A DNA stretch of 64,000 nt, taken from Chiloscyllium plagiosum. Its lineage: Eukaryota. The position numbers and the translations under genes are program-made. Positions 1 to 64,000 of the stretch are shown here, one piece after another (positions within the stretch are counted from its first letter, which is position 1; each line of letters starts with the position of its first letter). A model generated the notes under the pieces. It had not been told where the DNA came from and made no database searches. It saw nothing but the letters and a program-made list of their open reading frames with translations. The DNA lies in contig NC_057751.1 in the NCBI RefSeq assembly GCF_004010195.1, positions 11,998,466-12,062,465 on the forward strand. The letters are read 5' to 3'.

Positions 1-752
1 ACTCTTAATATATTATAAATAGTATTATTTTAAACTCTAAGCCTGAAAAATGGCATGCCTTTGCCTTCTCCTTGACCCAAACCCATAGTATGGCACCAAA
101 TAACACAAGTGAAGATGTCCTCCCTTCAGACAATTTCTGACTGGTGACTCCGACTGGTTATGCACGTGCCCCATTTCCATGCTACCTCTAAAATGCACTG
201 ATGGGTGCAAATCTGAGATCAAGAAATGATGTTCAGCATCATCAATTTATGTATGTCATCAGGTACTTGCAGTGATTGCCATAGCCCTCTGCCCTCCCTA
301 TCTTCACAACGTTTGTCTGGAGGACCTGCTCCTCTTCCTCCTCCTGTGGATAAAGGACCTCTTACTTCCCATTCATGTCCTGTACCAAGATTCCTGTCCT
401 GCATCTAAGAACTTGTAGCATGCTCTTTTTGTTCAACCATTATGTTGACCCGACAGACTTTCCATTCGACTTCCAGCATCAGCTGCAATCCAGAATAAGC
501 AAAGGCTAGTTTCAATAGTGTTTAATTTTCATACACTTGGACCCCCAGACACATTGCACAGTAAATGCAGTGCATTCAGTGATGAGCAGCTCAATGCTGT
601 CATTCAAATCAGCAAGTATAAAGTTTCCATATTGCCTGCACTGGAAGAAGCATGAATTTCTGAATGTGTCTTTGGGCTTTCTGCCACTTATCTCCAATTA
701 TCTCTGCTGTAACATAAAGCAACATTGTGCCATTAAAAATTGACCATTCAAG

Positions 753-1638
753 GATGATGACACCAAAATTGGAAGAAGGTTACCTCAGATTACAACAGGA
801 TCTTAATCAGATGGGCCAATGGGATGAGGAGTGGCAGATGGAGTTTAATTTAGATGAATGCGAGGTGCTGCATTTTGGGAAAGCAAATCTTAGCAGGACT
901 TATACACTTTATGGTAAGGTACGAGGGAGTGTTGCTGAACAAAGAGACCTTGGAGTGCAGGTTCATAGCTCCTTGAAAGTGGAGTCACAGGTAGATAGGA
1001 CAGTGAAGAAGGCATTTGGTATGCTTTCTTTTATTGGTCAGAGTACTGAGTACAGGAGTTGGGAGGTCATGTTGCAGCTGTACAGGACATTGGTTCGGCC
1101 ACTTTTGGAATATTGCGTGCAATTCTGCTCTCCTTCCTATTGGAAGGATATTGTGAAACTTGAAAGGGTTCAGAAAAGATTTACAAGGATTGTTGCCAGG
1201 GTTGGAGGATTTGAGCTATAGGGAGAGGCTGAATAGGCTGGGGCTGTTTCCCTGGAGCGTCAGAGGCTGAGGGGTGACCTCATAGAGGTTTATAAAATCA
1301 TGAGGGGCATGGATAGGATAAGTAGACAAAGTCTTTTCCCTGGTGGGGAGGAGTCCAGAACTAGAGGACATAGGTTTAGGGTGAGAAGGGAAAGATATGA
1401 AAGAGACCTAAGGGGCAACGTTTTCACGCAGAGGGTGGTACGTATATGAATAGGCTGCCAGAGGAAATGGTGGAGGCTGGTACAATTGGAACTTGATGGG
1501 TATATGAATAGGAAGAGTTTGGAGGGATATGTGCCGAGTACTGGCAGGTGGGACTAAGTTGCGTTGGGATATCTGGTTGGCATGGTTGAGTTGGACGAAA
1601 GGGTCTGTTTCCGTGCTGTACATCTTTACAATTCTATG
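753..1638 (+). mobile_element. CR1-type LINE, 5'-truncated (RT C-terminus and 3' tail)
   Basis: ORF 727..1221 (WQMEFN, LYRTLVRPLLEYCVQF); ends in the CR1 tail gggtctgtttccgtgctgta. Confidence 0.92.
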
Positions 1639-2472
1639 AATTGACTTGTGGACGGTCCATTCTTTCCTCACACTGGGAAAATAAGTAATTCTGTTTCAAC
1701 CTGTTTTCTTTAAGACATGGGGATTGTTAGGAACACAGACAAGCATTTCTGTAGCTGTGTTCATTACTCCAGGATGGTATGTTGTCTCCCTGCTGCCAGA
1801 ATCAAATACGTCTCTGAGTGGTTGCACAAAACTCTTAAGGGAAGGGTAAGCAGCCAGAGGTCATTGGGCACATTGATACCAATGACATAGGTAGAAAGAG
1901 AGATGAGGTCCTGCGGATTGAGTACAGGGAGTTAGGAAATAGGCTGAAAAGCAGGACCTCGAGGGTGGTAATCTCTGGATTACCACCAGTGCCACGTTCT
2001 AAAGAGGCTAGGAATAGAAAGACAGGGCAGATGAACATGTAGTGATGTAGCTGGTACAGGGGGTAGAGTTTCAGGTTCTTGGATCATTGAGACCTCTTTT
2101 GGGTCAGGGGTGACCTGTACAAGAGAGATGGGTTGCACCTAAACTGGAGGAAAACCAATATCCTCACTGTGAGGTTTGCTAATGCTATTCAGGAGGGTTT
2201 AAATTATAATGGGAGGGGATTGGCAACCACAGCGCTGTCAGCAAGTGGAGGGATTGAGGAAAAGATAGATGTTAGGACCAGTAAGTCAGAAAGGAAGGAC
2301 AGGCATGGACAGTAAATTAACACATTGGAACTAATGGACTGAAGTGTGTTTATTTTAACACAAGAAGTATTATAGGTAATAGAAGTATGATGTTGTGGCC
2401 AATACAGAGACTTGGTTGAGAGAAGGATAGGACTGGCTGCTCAACGTTCCAGGGTTTCATTGTTTTGGATGA

Positions 2473-2473
2473 A

Positions 2474-2520
<47 letters not shown>
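2473..2520. repeat. (GA)n microsatellite within CR1
   Basis: About 24 GA units with one interruption. Confidence 0.95.
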
Positions 2521-3946
2521 CAAAGATAAAAGAGGTGGAGGAGTTGCATTACTAATGAAGGAAAATGTCACATCCATACTCAAAGAGGACATATTGGATA
2601 GCTCATCCACTGAGGCAATATGAGTAGAGCTTAAAAATAAGATGGGTGCAATCACTCTGATAGGATTATATGATCAGCCCCCAACAGCCACCAAGACATT
2701 GAGGAAAAAATAAGGAGGGAGATTATGGAAATATGCAATAATGACAGGGTTATCATAGGTGACTTTAACTTCCCCAGTGTTGACTGGGATTCCCTGAGAC
2801 CAAGGGACTTAGCCGGGCCAGAATTTGTTAACTGCATCCAAGAGGGTTTCTTGAAGCAGTATGTGGAAACCCCAACATGCTGGACCGTGTATTGGCTAAT
2901 GGACCTTGCCAGGTGACTGACCTTTTAGTGGAAGAGCATTTTGGAAACCGTGATCACAACTCCTTAAGTTTTAAGATAGCTATGAATAAGGATAAGTCAG
3001 GACCTTGCGGGAAAATACTAAATTGAGGGAGGGCAAATAACATCAGTATTAAGCAGGAGCTAGGGTGTATTAGTTGTGAGGAGTTGTTATCAGACAAGTC
3101 CACATTTGACATGTAGTTTAAAGACTTAATGATCAGAGTTCAGGACTGGCATGTTCCATTTAGGAGGAAGGTCAAAGATGGCAAAATAGGGGAACCTTAG
3201 ATAACAAGAGAGGTTGTGTATTTAGTGAAAAGGGAAAAAGAGGCATTTGTAAGGTTAAGGAAGCTAAAACTGGACAAAGCCTATGAGGAATATAAAGAAA
3301 GCAGGGAATTAAGAGAGCAAAAAAGGGCCATGAATGACCTTGGCAGGTAGGGCTAAAGAAAATCCCAAGGCATTCTGCACATATATTAAGAACACAAGGA
3401 TAACTAGGGAGAAGGTAGGACCACTCAAGGATAAAGGACAGAACTTGTGCTTGGAGGCAGAGGAGATGGGCAAGATCCTGAATGAGTCACTTTGTGTTGG
3501 TATTCAGCCAGGAGACGTATATAGAGAATAGTGAGGTGAGTGTGGAGCACGCGAAGATGCTAGGGTATTTTCAGATCAAGAAAGAAGTAGTGATGGGTTT
3601 CTTGAAGAGCATTATGTTGGATAAGTTCCCCAGGGCCTGATGGTATACACCCCAAGTTGTTGAGAGAGGCAAGAGAGGAGATTGCTGGGGCCTTGATCAA
3701 GATCTATGCATCCTTGCTCGCCACTGGACAGTCCTGGAGGACTGGTGAGTCGCAAATGTTGTTCCTCTGTTCATGAAGGGAAATAGGGATAATTCAGGAA
3801 ACTATAGACCAGTGAGTCTCCCATCGATGGTTGGGAAGCTATTGGAGAGAATTCCCAGGGATGGGATTTACGCGCATTTCAAAAAACATGATTTAATCAG
3901 GGACAGTCAGCGTGGCATTGTAAGGGGCAAGTCATGTTTTACTAAC

Positions 3947-4612
3947 TGTCATGGAATCCTTCAAAACATTTCAACAAGGTAGCCAAGAACCTAACTTTGC
4001 TAGTTGTTTCGAGCAGGTATAAAGTGGATATTCCACGAGTGATGCAGCTGGTCAAAACCCTTCGCTTTTAAACAAAACAGAATTACTTTGCAGAGTACCG
4101 AAAGAAACACAAACAAATGAGAACCGAATAGAGAATAACAATCTATCTGAAAACCCAACAGACTATCCAACTTCATGATGCTGTTCCAAATTCCTGCAAT
4201 AATCCACATAAATGCCCCTTGGCAAAAAAGGTAAAATCAAACACAGGAAAGAGAGAGTGAGAGAGATGGCAGAGAGATTCAGCATGGAATTCCTTCTTCC
4301 ACGTAACTGTTTCTTTTGGATTCCCAGCTAACAACTGATCAGTTACTCTGAACAGCCAGAATGCTAAAAACCAAAACCAAAACAAACCAGAGAAAGCTGA
4401 ACTGGGAGAACTGGCCACTCCCCTTTCACTGTACAAGTGTTTTTTTTTAAATAAAACTTAAAAGCCTTTTGCCTGAGACAGTACTTGTTAGCTATAATCA
4501 AATTGACCCTAAAGCCCATCTAAACCAGACACCCCAGAACCTTCGCATTTATGACCACCTTGAAAAAAACCCAAGGACAACATAACCTTGTTAAAGGAGC
4601 AACATCATCACA
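3947..4612 (-). mobile_element. Solo LTR
   Basis: TG...CA termini; 5-bp TSD ctaac (3942-3946, 4613-4617); splits the CR1 RT frame; related to the LTRs at 11004 and 16477. Confidence 0.85.
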
Positions 4613-6019
4613 CTAACTTGATTACATTTCTCAAGGAGGTGATGAAGGTGATCGATGAGGGTACAGCAGTAGTGTTGTCTACGTGGATATTAGTAAGGCT
4701 TTCAACAAAATCCCTCATAATCGGCTCATCCAGAAGTTTAAGATGCACGGGATCCACAGTGACTTGGCCACTTTGATTCAGAATTGATTTGCCCATGGAA
4801 GGCAGAAGTGGTGGAAGGGTGTTTTCTGCCTGGAGGTTCGTGACTCCTGGTGTTCTGCATGGATCTGGACTGAGATTTCTGCCATTTGTGATATAAATAA
4901 ATGACTTGGATGAAAATGTAGATGGATGGGTTAGTAAGTTTGCAGATGACACAAATATTGGTGGAATTGTGAGAGTGTAGAAGATTGTCAAAGGACACAG
5001 CCAGATATAGATCAGTTGCAGAAATGGTGGAGAAATGGCAGATGGCGTTTAATCTGGGTAAGTGTGAGTAGCTGCACTTTGGAAGATCAAATATTCAGGA
5101 AATATGTACAGTTAATGGCAGAACCCTGAACAGCATTTATGCACAGAGGGATCTTGGGGTTTGCGTCCACAGCTCCCTGAAAGTGGCCACTCAAGTAGTT
5201 AGGATAATAAAAAAGATGTATGGCATGCTTGCCTTTATTGGTCAAGGAATTGAGTACAAGAGTCAGGATGTCATGCTGCAGCATTATTAGACTTTGGTTA
5301 GGCCAGGCTGAGATGCATTCAATTCTGGTCGTCGCATTACAGGAAGGATATGGAGGCTTTGAACAGGGTGCAGAAGAGGTTTACCAGAATGCTGCCTGGA
5401 TTAGAGTGTATGAGTTATAAGGAGAGGCTAGAAAAAATTGGGTTGTTTTCTCTGAAGGCAGCAGAGGCTGAGGGGAGATTTGTTAGAAGTGTACAAATTT
5501 ATGAAATGCGTACCGAGGATTGACGGTCAGAATATTTTTCCCAGAATTGAAATGTCCATTACTAGGGGGCATTCATTTAAGAGGGGGAAAGTTCAAATGA
5601 GATGGGAGGGCCAAGTCTTTTTATGCAGAGAGTGGTAGGGTCTGGAATTTGCTGCCAGGAGTGGTGGTGGAGACAGATCTGATCGGGGTGTTTAAGGGAC
5701 TTTTAGATAAGCACATGTGTATGCAAGGACTGGAGGGATATAGACCAACAGTAGACAGAAGGGATTAGTTTAATTTGGCATCATGTTCAGCACAACGTCA
5801 TGGGTTGAAGGGTCCATTCCTGTGCTGTGTACCGTTCTTTGTTCTATATCACAGCAGACAAAACCATAACATCTGACCTGCCACGCCTTTCTCGAAAATG
5901 CAACTTATAATGGTTATTTTGATAGTCATTTTGAAAAAGATGTAAAGCTTGTGACAGAAGACTGATAGAACCAGTTTAGTTTATGCATTTGCTAATGACT
6001 AGCTTCTGAAATTAAATTG

Positions 6020-6426
6020 TTAGTGAAATGCAGTCATGTGTGACTACTGTGTGACTTCATGTGAGTTCTGCTGGATGCAGCTGACGTATCTCTTTTCCCT
6101 TATCTTGTGGTGTTTTTGATTTAATTTATCTCCTGAAAGAGTAAACACTGTTTGTCTGTCCCTGATATTGTGCTGAGTGAATTTTACATTTCACCATTCA
6201 TTTCACAAAGCTTTGAGATTGCCGATTGGCCACTCAAAAGGCTGTCTCACCCAACCAGTTCCAGATCGAAGGTAAAGTCCAATGTTCATCTTACTTCGTT
6301 GTGTTTGGAATTGTTTCTGCTGACTGCTCTGACTGTGGCTAAAAGCGATCTAAAATCAAGACTGACAGAATATTGCTGAATAATTGTCTTTCTTGTGAAA
6401 GAACACCAACCATTTCCAGTTGAGCA
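6020..6426 (+). promoter_or_regulatory. Probable IDO2 promoter / 5' UTR region
   Basis: Repeat-free island just upstream of the ATG with an inverted CCAAT (gATTGGc, 6224-6230), forkhead GTAAACA (6141), HNF4/DR1-like AGGTAAAGTCCA (6270-6281) and E-box-like TCATGTG copies. Motif presence only. Confidence 0.45.
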
Positions 6427-58714
<52,288 letters not shown>

Positions 58715-58895
58715 CATCAATCGAGGTTAACTCATTTATTGTACTAAAATATCTAACTAATATATAATTATTCAGGAAGCCAGACAGCTTATTTATTGGT
58801 AAAATGTGAGGTAACAGTGAAATCTTCATATATCATGAGCTATCAATGACAAAGACACTATAGTGACAACACTGACACTAACTACTTCTAAAAAT

Positions 58896-59034
58896 GATTC
58901 GGAGATGCCGGTGTTGGACTGGGGTGTACAAAGTTAAAAATCACACAACACCAGGTTATAGTCCAACAGGTTTAATTGTGCTTCCAATTAAACCTGTTGG
59001 ACTATAACCTGGTGTTGTGTGATTTTTAACTTTG
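58896..59034 (-). mobile_element. Fold-back PLE-derived element with a perfect 53-bp hairpin, downstream of the IDO2 stop
   Basis: 58926-58978 is the exact reverse complement of 58985-59037; 13-bp TSD tacttctaaaaat. Confidence 0.9.
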
Positions 59035-59374
59035 TACTTCTAAAAATTCTTGCATGGCAATGTGGATGTCACATTTTTTCCTCTGTCTCTAATTGGCTTT
59101 TTCGGCCATCTAAAGGTCAACCACATTCCTGTGGATCTGGAATCACATGTCGGCCAGACCAGGTAAGAGAGGCAGATTTCCTTCTCAAAGAAACATTATT
59201 GATGAGTTTGCACAACCATGATGAGATTTGAACTGACATTCATGAAATCTGCCCAGGCCCTTCAGTTACTCATTCAGTGATATTATTACTATGCTACGAT
59301 CTCCTAAAGCATAAAAATAAGCATTGAGCTAATACAGGATTTTAACAGAAATTCAACAGCTTTCATTTTGACAT

Positions 59375-59380
59375 AATAAA
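59375..59380 (+). terminator. Candidate proximal polyadenylation signal
   Basis: First AATAAA I found after the stop codon. Confidence 0.35.
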
Positions 59381-61010
59381 ATGTAATTAGTATAATTATA
59401 ATGTCATGTCATTTCCGGAAGGAAGTAAGACCATAAGATCTCACGGTCATTCAGCCCATTTAGTCCACTCTACCATGGCCGATCTGATAATTCTCAACTC
59501 CACTTACCTGCTTTACCCCATAACTTGGATTCTCTTTATTATTAGAAATATGTCTTCTCAGTCTTTTATATACTTTAGTAACCCAACTTCGACATCCCTC
59601 TGCAGTAAAGAATTCCTCAGATTCACCACCCTCACAGACAAAAAAATTCTCCTCATCTCTGTCTGAAATGGGCAATTTGTTACTTTGAGAGTATGAGAAA
59701 GTGAGGACTGCAGATGCTGGAGATCAGAGCTGAAAATTTGACAGTATGCCCACTTGTCCTAGATTCATCCATAAGGGAAACAAACTCTCCACACTGACAT
59801 TATTACAGCCATAGCATGGAAACAGGCCATTCAGACCAACTTGTCCACATCGCACAGTTTTCACAATTAATTGAGTCCCATTTGCTTGCGTTTGGTCCAT
59901 ATCCATCCATACCTATCCAATCAATGCACCTGTCCAAATGTTTCAGTAATGATATTTCTGAAAATTATATTTGCCTCCACAACTACCCCTGGCAGCCCGT
60001 TGAGACATTCACCACCTTCTTTGGAAAAATTGCGAACCTCTCGAACCTTTTCTATCTCTCTTTTCTCACTTCAAATCTATGTGCTCTAGTTTTACACTCC
60101 CCTACCATGAGGAGAAGCTAGTTGCTATCAACCTTAACTATGCTTCTCATGATTTTATAAACCTCTCAGTCTCATAATCTCCATGGAAAAGAAAATCCTA
60201 ACCTATCTAGCCTCTCCTTATAACTCAAATCTTCCGGTTCAGGTAGCATCATAGTAAATCTTTTCTGTACTGTTCCTCGTTGAAGGCTCTGAAGAACCTT
60301 ATACATTTCAATGAGATCCTTCTCAATTTTCTAAACTCCAATGAGTACAAACTCAAACTACTCAACCTGTCCTCCAAAGAAAATTCCTCGATACCTTGGA
60401 TGAACCTAATGGACCTTTTCTGGACTGCCTCCAATGCTGATACTTAGGTTAGGTGACCAAAACTGTTCACAGTATTCCAACTGTTCCTTGTATAGCTTAG
60501 CAAGCTCTACCTATTTGTTTATGAGATACAAGATTGAGAGAAGCTAGTTTATTCTCCTTGGAGCAAATGAGGCTGAGGGAAACTTAGTGGAGGTGTACAA
60601 GATTATGAAAGGTTTAGATAGCCTAGAAAACAAAATGATCCCAACTAGCTAATGGTATAAGGATGACAGGGGAAACACAGATTTAACAGAGGTGTAGGGA
60701 GGATGTGAAGAAAAATGTTTTAATGCTGTGATAATGATGATCTGGAACTCCTTGTCTATGACGGTGGTGGATGTAGAAACAATCAATGATCTTGACAGGG
60801 AGTTGAATACAAATTGTGCAAAATAGGGTTACATGTAGGGTAGAGAGATGGAGTAAGGAAATGTTGTCTCTGTAGGCTGAATATGTTAAATTGTTTTTTA
60901 ATATAGTAAAACAGGACTTATGATGTAAAATTTATCAGCTAAACTATTTCAAACTTGTTGCTTAAAAGTTATTTTATCTAATTTAGTTTCGATTCTGCAG
61001 TTTCTCAACA

Positions 61011-61016
61011 AATAAA
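61011..61016 (+). terminator. Candidate distal polyadenylation signal
   Basis: AATAAA at the end of a non-repetitive AT-rich block, followed by GT-rich sequence. Confidence 0.4.
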
Positions 61017-61187
61017 ACTTTCTGTATTGAAGAAACGTGTTCTCTGCGTAGACGGATTGTGTATTCATTAACATAATTGAAACATATTCTGTGGACAATG
61101 AACCTGCTGGCAATGGAAAGGATGCTTCCTCTTGTGGGAGAATCTACAGCCAATTGTCGCAGTTTAAAAATAAGAGGGCAGCTATGG

Positions 61188-62005
61188 TGTTACATTGTGG
61201 TGGTTGAACCCCTCTGTTAATTAAACCAAACACCCAGAAAAACTCACCTCACTTCACAATCTGTTAAAATATGAGTGACAGAGAACTCCTAAATTCCACT
61301 ATTTAAAGAAAAAAAAACCAATTTATTTTCTAACTCTACTAGTGAACATTAAACAAAAAAAAATCACAAATCCAAACCCCTTTTCTCTGATGTACTTACT
61401 GTCTGACACCAATTCTATAAAAATATGCTGTTCCAATCAAACACATATTAAAATTACATTAACTTAATCTCAAAATCACACAGTCTTTGTCTTCCCCAGT
61501 GTCTTCAGTTTTTCTGCTGCTGACCTCCCTCGGTCGCCTTCTTTCTTTTTACTGTGAATAGGCTTTACATGAAAAGGTATCCTTGATAGAGAGGGTTTTT
61601 TTCTGATTTTTTTAAGAACACAACGTTAGATGGGCAGTTAGCTCTCCAGCAGTTTCTCTCTCTGTGACAGTTGCTCTCTGACCAATTTTCAAAAGGTTTT
61701 TTCAAATTCTTATACTCCCATAATCAGATCATCTCATTGCTTTGACACTGGCAAAACATTAAATTCAAACTCAACTGGGTTTTAGTACCCTGGGACATCA
61801 TTTAAACTGCTTAAATTTGAATTGTTGTCAAAACAGCAAATAAAATTCAGGTATTCATTTCACAGCCAAATGTCACACATTTTCAATTTTCCAGTACACT
61901 CTGAGACTGACATCTAGTCATATACACAGGTACTTATAATCTCTCAGTTCAGAAAAACATTCTCTCTCTCTTAAAGGCATAGTACACACCTTCAACTTCA
62001 TTGCA
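61188..62005 (-). mobile_element. Solo LTR, same family as 19076-19836
   Basis: TG...CA; TSD atgg/atag; reverse-complement homology along its length. Confidence 0.87.
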
Positions 62006-63384
62006 ATAGAGATAAGGAAATTTTTCTGAGTTTTGAGAGTCTTTGGAATTCCCTTCCTGAAAAGGCAGTAGGTGCAGAATCATTCAATATTTTTAAGGCA
62101 AGGTAGACAGATTCTTGATTATCAAGGGGATGAAAGATTATCAGAGGTAAACAGGAATATAAATAAAGTTCAGGGTAAAGTCTGATCAGCCATTATCTTA
62201 TAGAGTCATACCTTATTGGATGATGGAGCAGGCTCCTTGTTCATATGTTGAAAGTACATGAAATAATGCATGTCTCAGACAACTTATCTGAATATCTCTG
62301 ACAACTTAATACTTTCAAGGAAGATACTGGACAACTATGTTGCTCTTTTCGCTTCATAAAATCAAAGAAATTTTGATGCTGGAGATCTGGATTCTGAAGA
62401 CGTCATAGCAGACTCAAAATGTTCACTCTGTTTCTCTCCACAAATGCTGCCACATCTTCTAATTTCTCCAGCGTTCTCTGCTTTTGTCTCTTAGTCTTGT
62501 TGTGCATACTCCCCTTTTTGCTACATATGATACATATGGTAAATTTTGTTGGCATTCAACAGCAAAGTGGTGTAGGTTTGGCATAGTTTAGTTTGGAGTA
62601 AAGGGAAGACCTTTTAAAATGAAGATAAGGAGAAATTTCTTCAGCCAGAGAGTGGTCAATCTATAGAATTCATTGCATCAAAAGAATGTGGGGGCAGGTC
62701 ATTGAGTATAGTTAATATGGAGATAGGTAGTTCTTGAGTATCAAGGGGATCTAGGGTTACAGGGAGAAAGCGGAGAATAGGGTTGAGAAACTTATCAGTC
62801 AGAATTGAATGGCAGGGCACTTGATGGGCTGAATGGCCTAATTTCTGCTCATAGGCTCTTATCTGTCCTTATCTTAATGATCCCATACTAACTGGTAGTG
62901 CAGTGGTTAAATGGCTAAACCAATATTCCTGAGGTATGGCAAAATAATCCAGAGAATAAGAGCTCAAAGCATACTGAGACAGTTTGATAATTTTATTTCA
63001 GTATCTAAAATCAAACTGGTATTTTCACAGAAAAATGTTAATATTTCATTGATAAAGAGTTAGCAGGTTTTATCAACCATGCTATCAAACACTGAGCAAT
63101 AAGCTGCTCAGTGATGCCCAGTTTCGGCTCCGCCAGGGCCACATAGTTCCTGACTTCATTACGGCCTTGGTTCAAATATGGACAAAAGAGCTGAATTCCA
63201 GAGGTAAGGAGAGAGTATTAGCCCTTGACAGCAAGACCGCATTTGGCCAAACGTGGCATCAAAGAACCCTAGCAAAACTGAAATCAATGGGAATCGGGGA
63301 AAACTCTCCCCTGGTTTGAGTCTCATACCTGGTACATAGGAAGATAGTCATGCTTATTGAATGTCAGTCATCTAAGGAGGGACC

Positions 63385-64000
63385 CAATCTTGAGTTTGAA
63401 AGGATCAAACAAAGTAATTTTGATAGGTGGATAAGGGCATTGAAAATAGATCAAACATATGATCTTAGAGAGAAGATTAGTTTGAAGGATTTCAAAAGAA
63501 ACTTCCTGAAGTAGTGGGAACTCATGTGGAAGAGCAGAAAGTTAAGACTGCAAGATTTGCAATGGAAATGGCAGATGATTAGGAGTTCGTTCATAAATCA
63601 AAGTTTGGTTTCAAGATATCAATTTCGATCAGTGAGAGATAGAAACGGGGAAAAGATAAACTCTCAGATGGCAAAAGAAAAAGGAGATCTCACTGAAGAT
63701 AGTAAAGATCGTTTACGACAGAATAAGAAGGAAACCCATGAGGGGGAAAGAGAAGTAAAAAAAAAGCTCAAGCGTTTTCACTGTAATAAAGCAGGCCACA
63801 TGAAATCGTAGTGTTGGTGGTTGAGAAAAATCAATGTAAAGGCAGATATGAAAAAATGGAATAAGTCAGTGAGTTTTGCTGAAATGGTAAAAGAAAGCAC
63901 AGTGCACGCTAAAAAACTGCAACCTGATCGGGGTTGGTTAAAAAGGAAATTCCAGATCTCTTTAAAAGAAGTTACTTGTGTGGGTAAGGTTTACACATGT
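63385..64000 (+). mobile_element. Gypsy (Gmr1-like) gag fragment running off the window
   Basis: FDRWIRALKIDQTYDLRE...HVEEQKV...ADD and a degenerate zinc knuckle RFHCNKAGHMKS*CW. Confidence 0.8.

Larger units (their letters stand above)
1700..5850 (+). mobile_element. Long decayed CR1 LINE (ORF1 SGNH-esterase remnant, endonuclease, RT, tail), interrupted by a solo LTR
   Basis: SRMVCCLP...HIDTNDIG esterase motifs near 1770-1890; IIGDFNFP (ORF 2725); NYRPVSL (ORF 3773); FADDT near 4940; tail near 5810-5845. Confidence 0.9.

Noticed and set aside
1..750. Possible exon of an upstream gene such as IDO1
   Set aside because: I found no IDO-like or other recognisable translation; the region is left unassigned.

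Overview
Vertebrate genomic DNA, most likely from a shark or other cartilaginous fish (inferred from HE1/V-SINE-type SINEs and dense CR1 LINEs). It holds one complete protein-coding gene on the + strand: an indoleamine 2,3-dioxygenase of the IDO2 type. I reconstructed it by hand as 10 coding exons (6427-58714; 1242 nt, 413 aa). All introns are GT-AG, the phases are consistent, and one exon is a 15-nt microexon. The rest is mostly decayed retroelements: many CR1 LINEs (some retaining the ORF1 esterase), a 5'-intact L1, a 5'-intact RTE, five solo LTRs, two Gypsy gag fragments with a SCAN-like capsid region, SINEs, and many Penelope-like element (PLE) pieces. The most striking non-gene signal is more than a dozen short PLE-derived inserts of several families. 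Most carry a minimal hammerhead-ribozyme core (CTGAnGA-stem II-GAAAC-GTC). Several have 12-15 bp target-site duplications, and several form long fold-back hairpins, including a perfect 53-bp hairpin in the probable IDO2 3' UTR. Exon coordinates are exact; boundaries of old repeats are approximate. No searches or folding programs were run.
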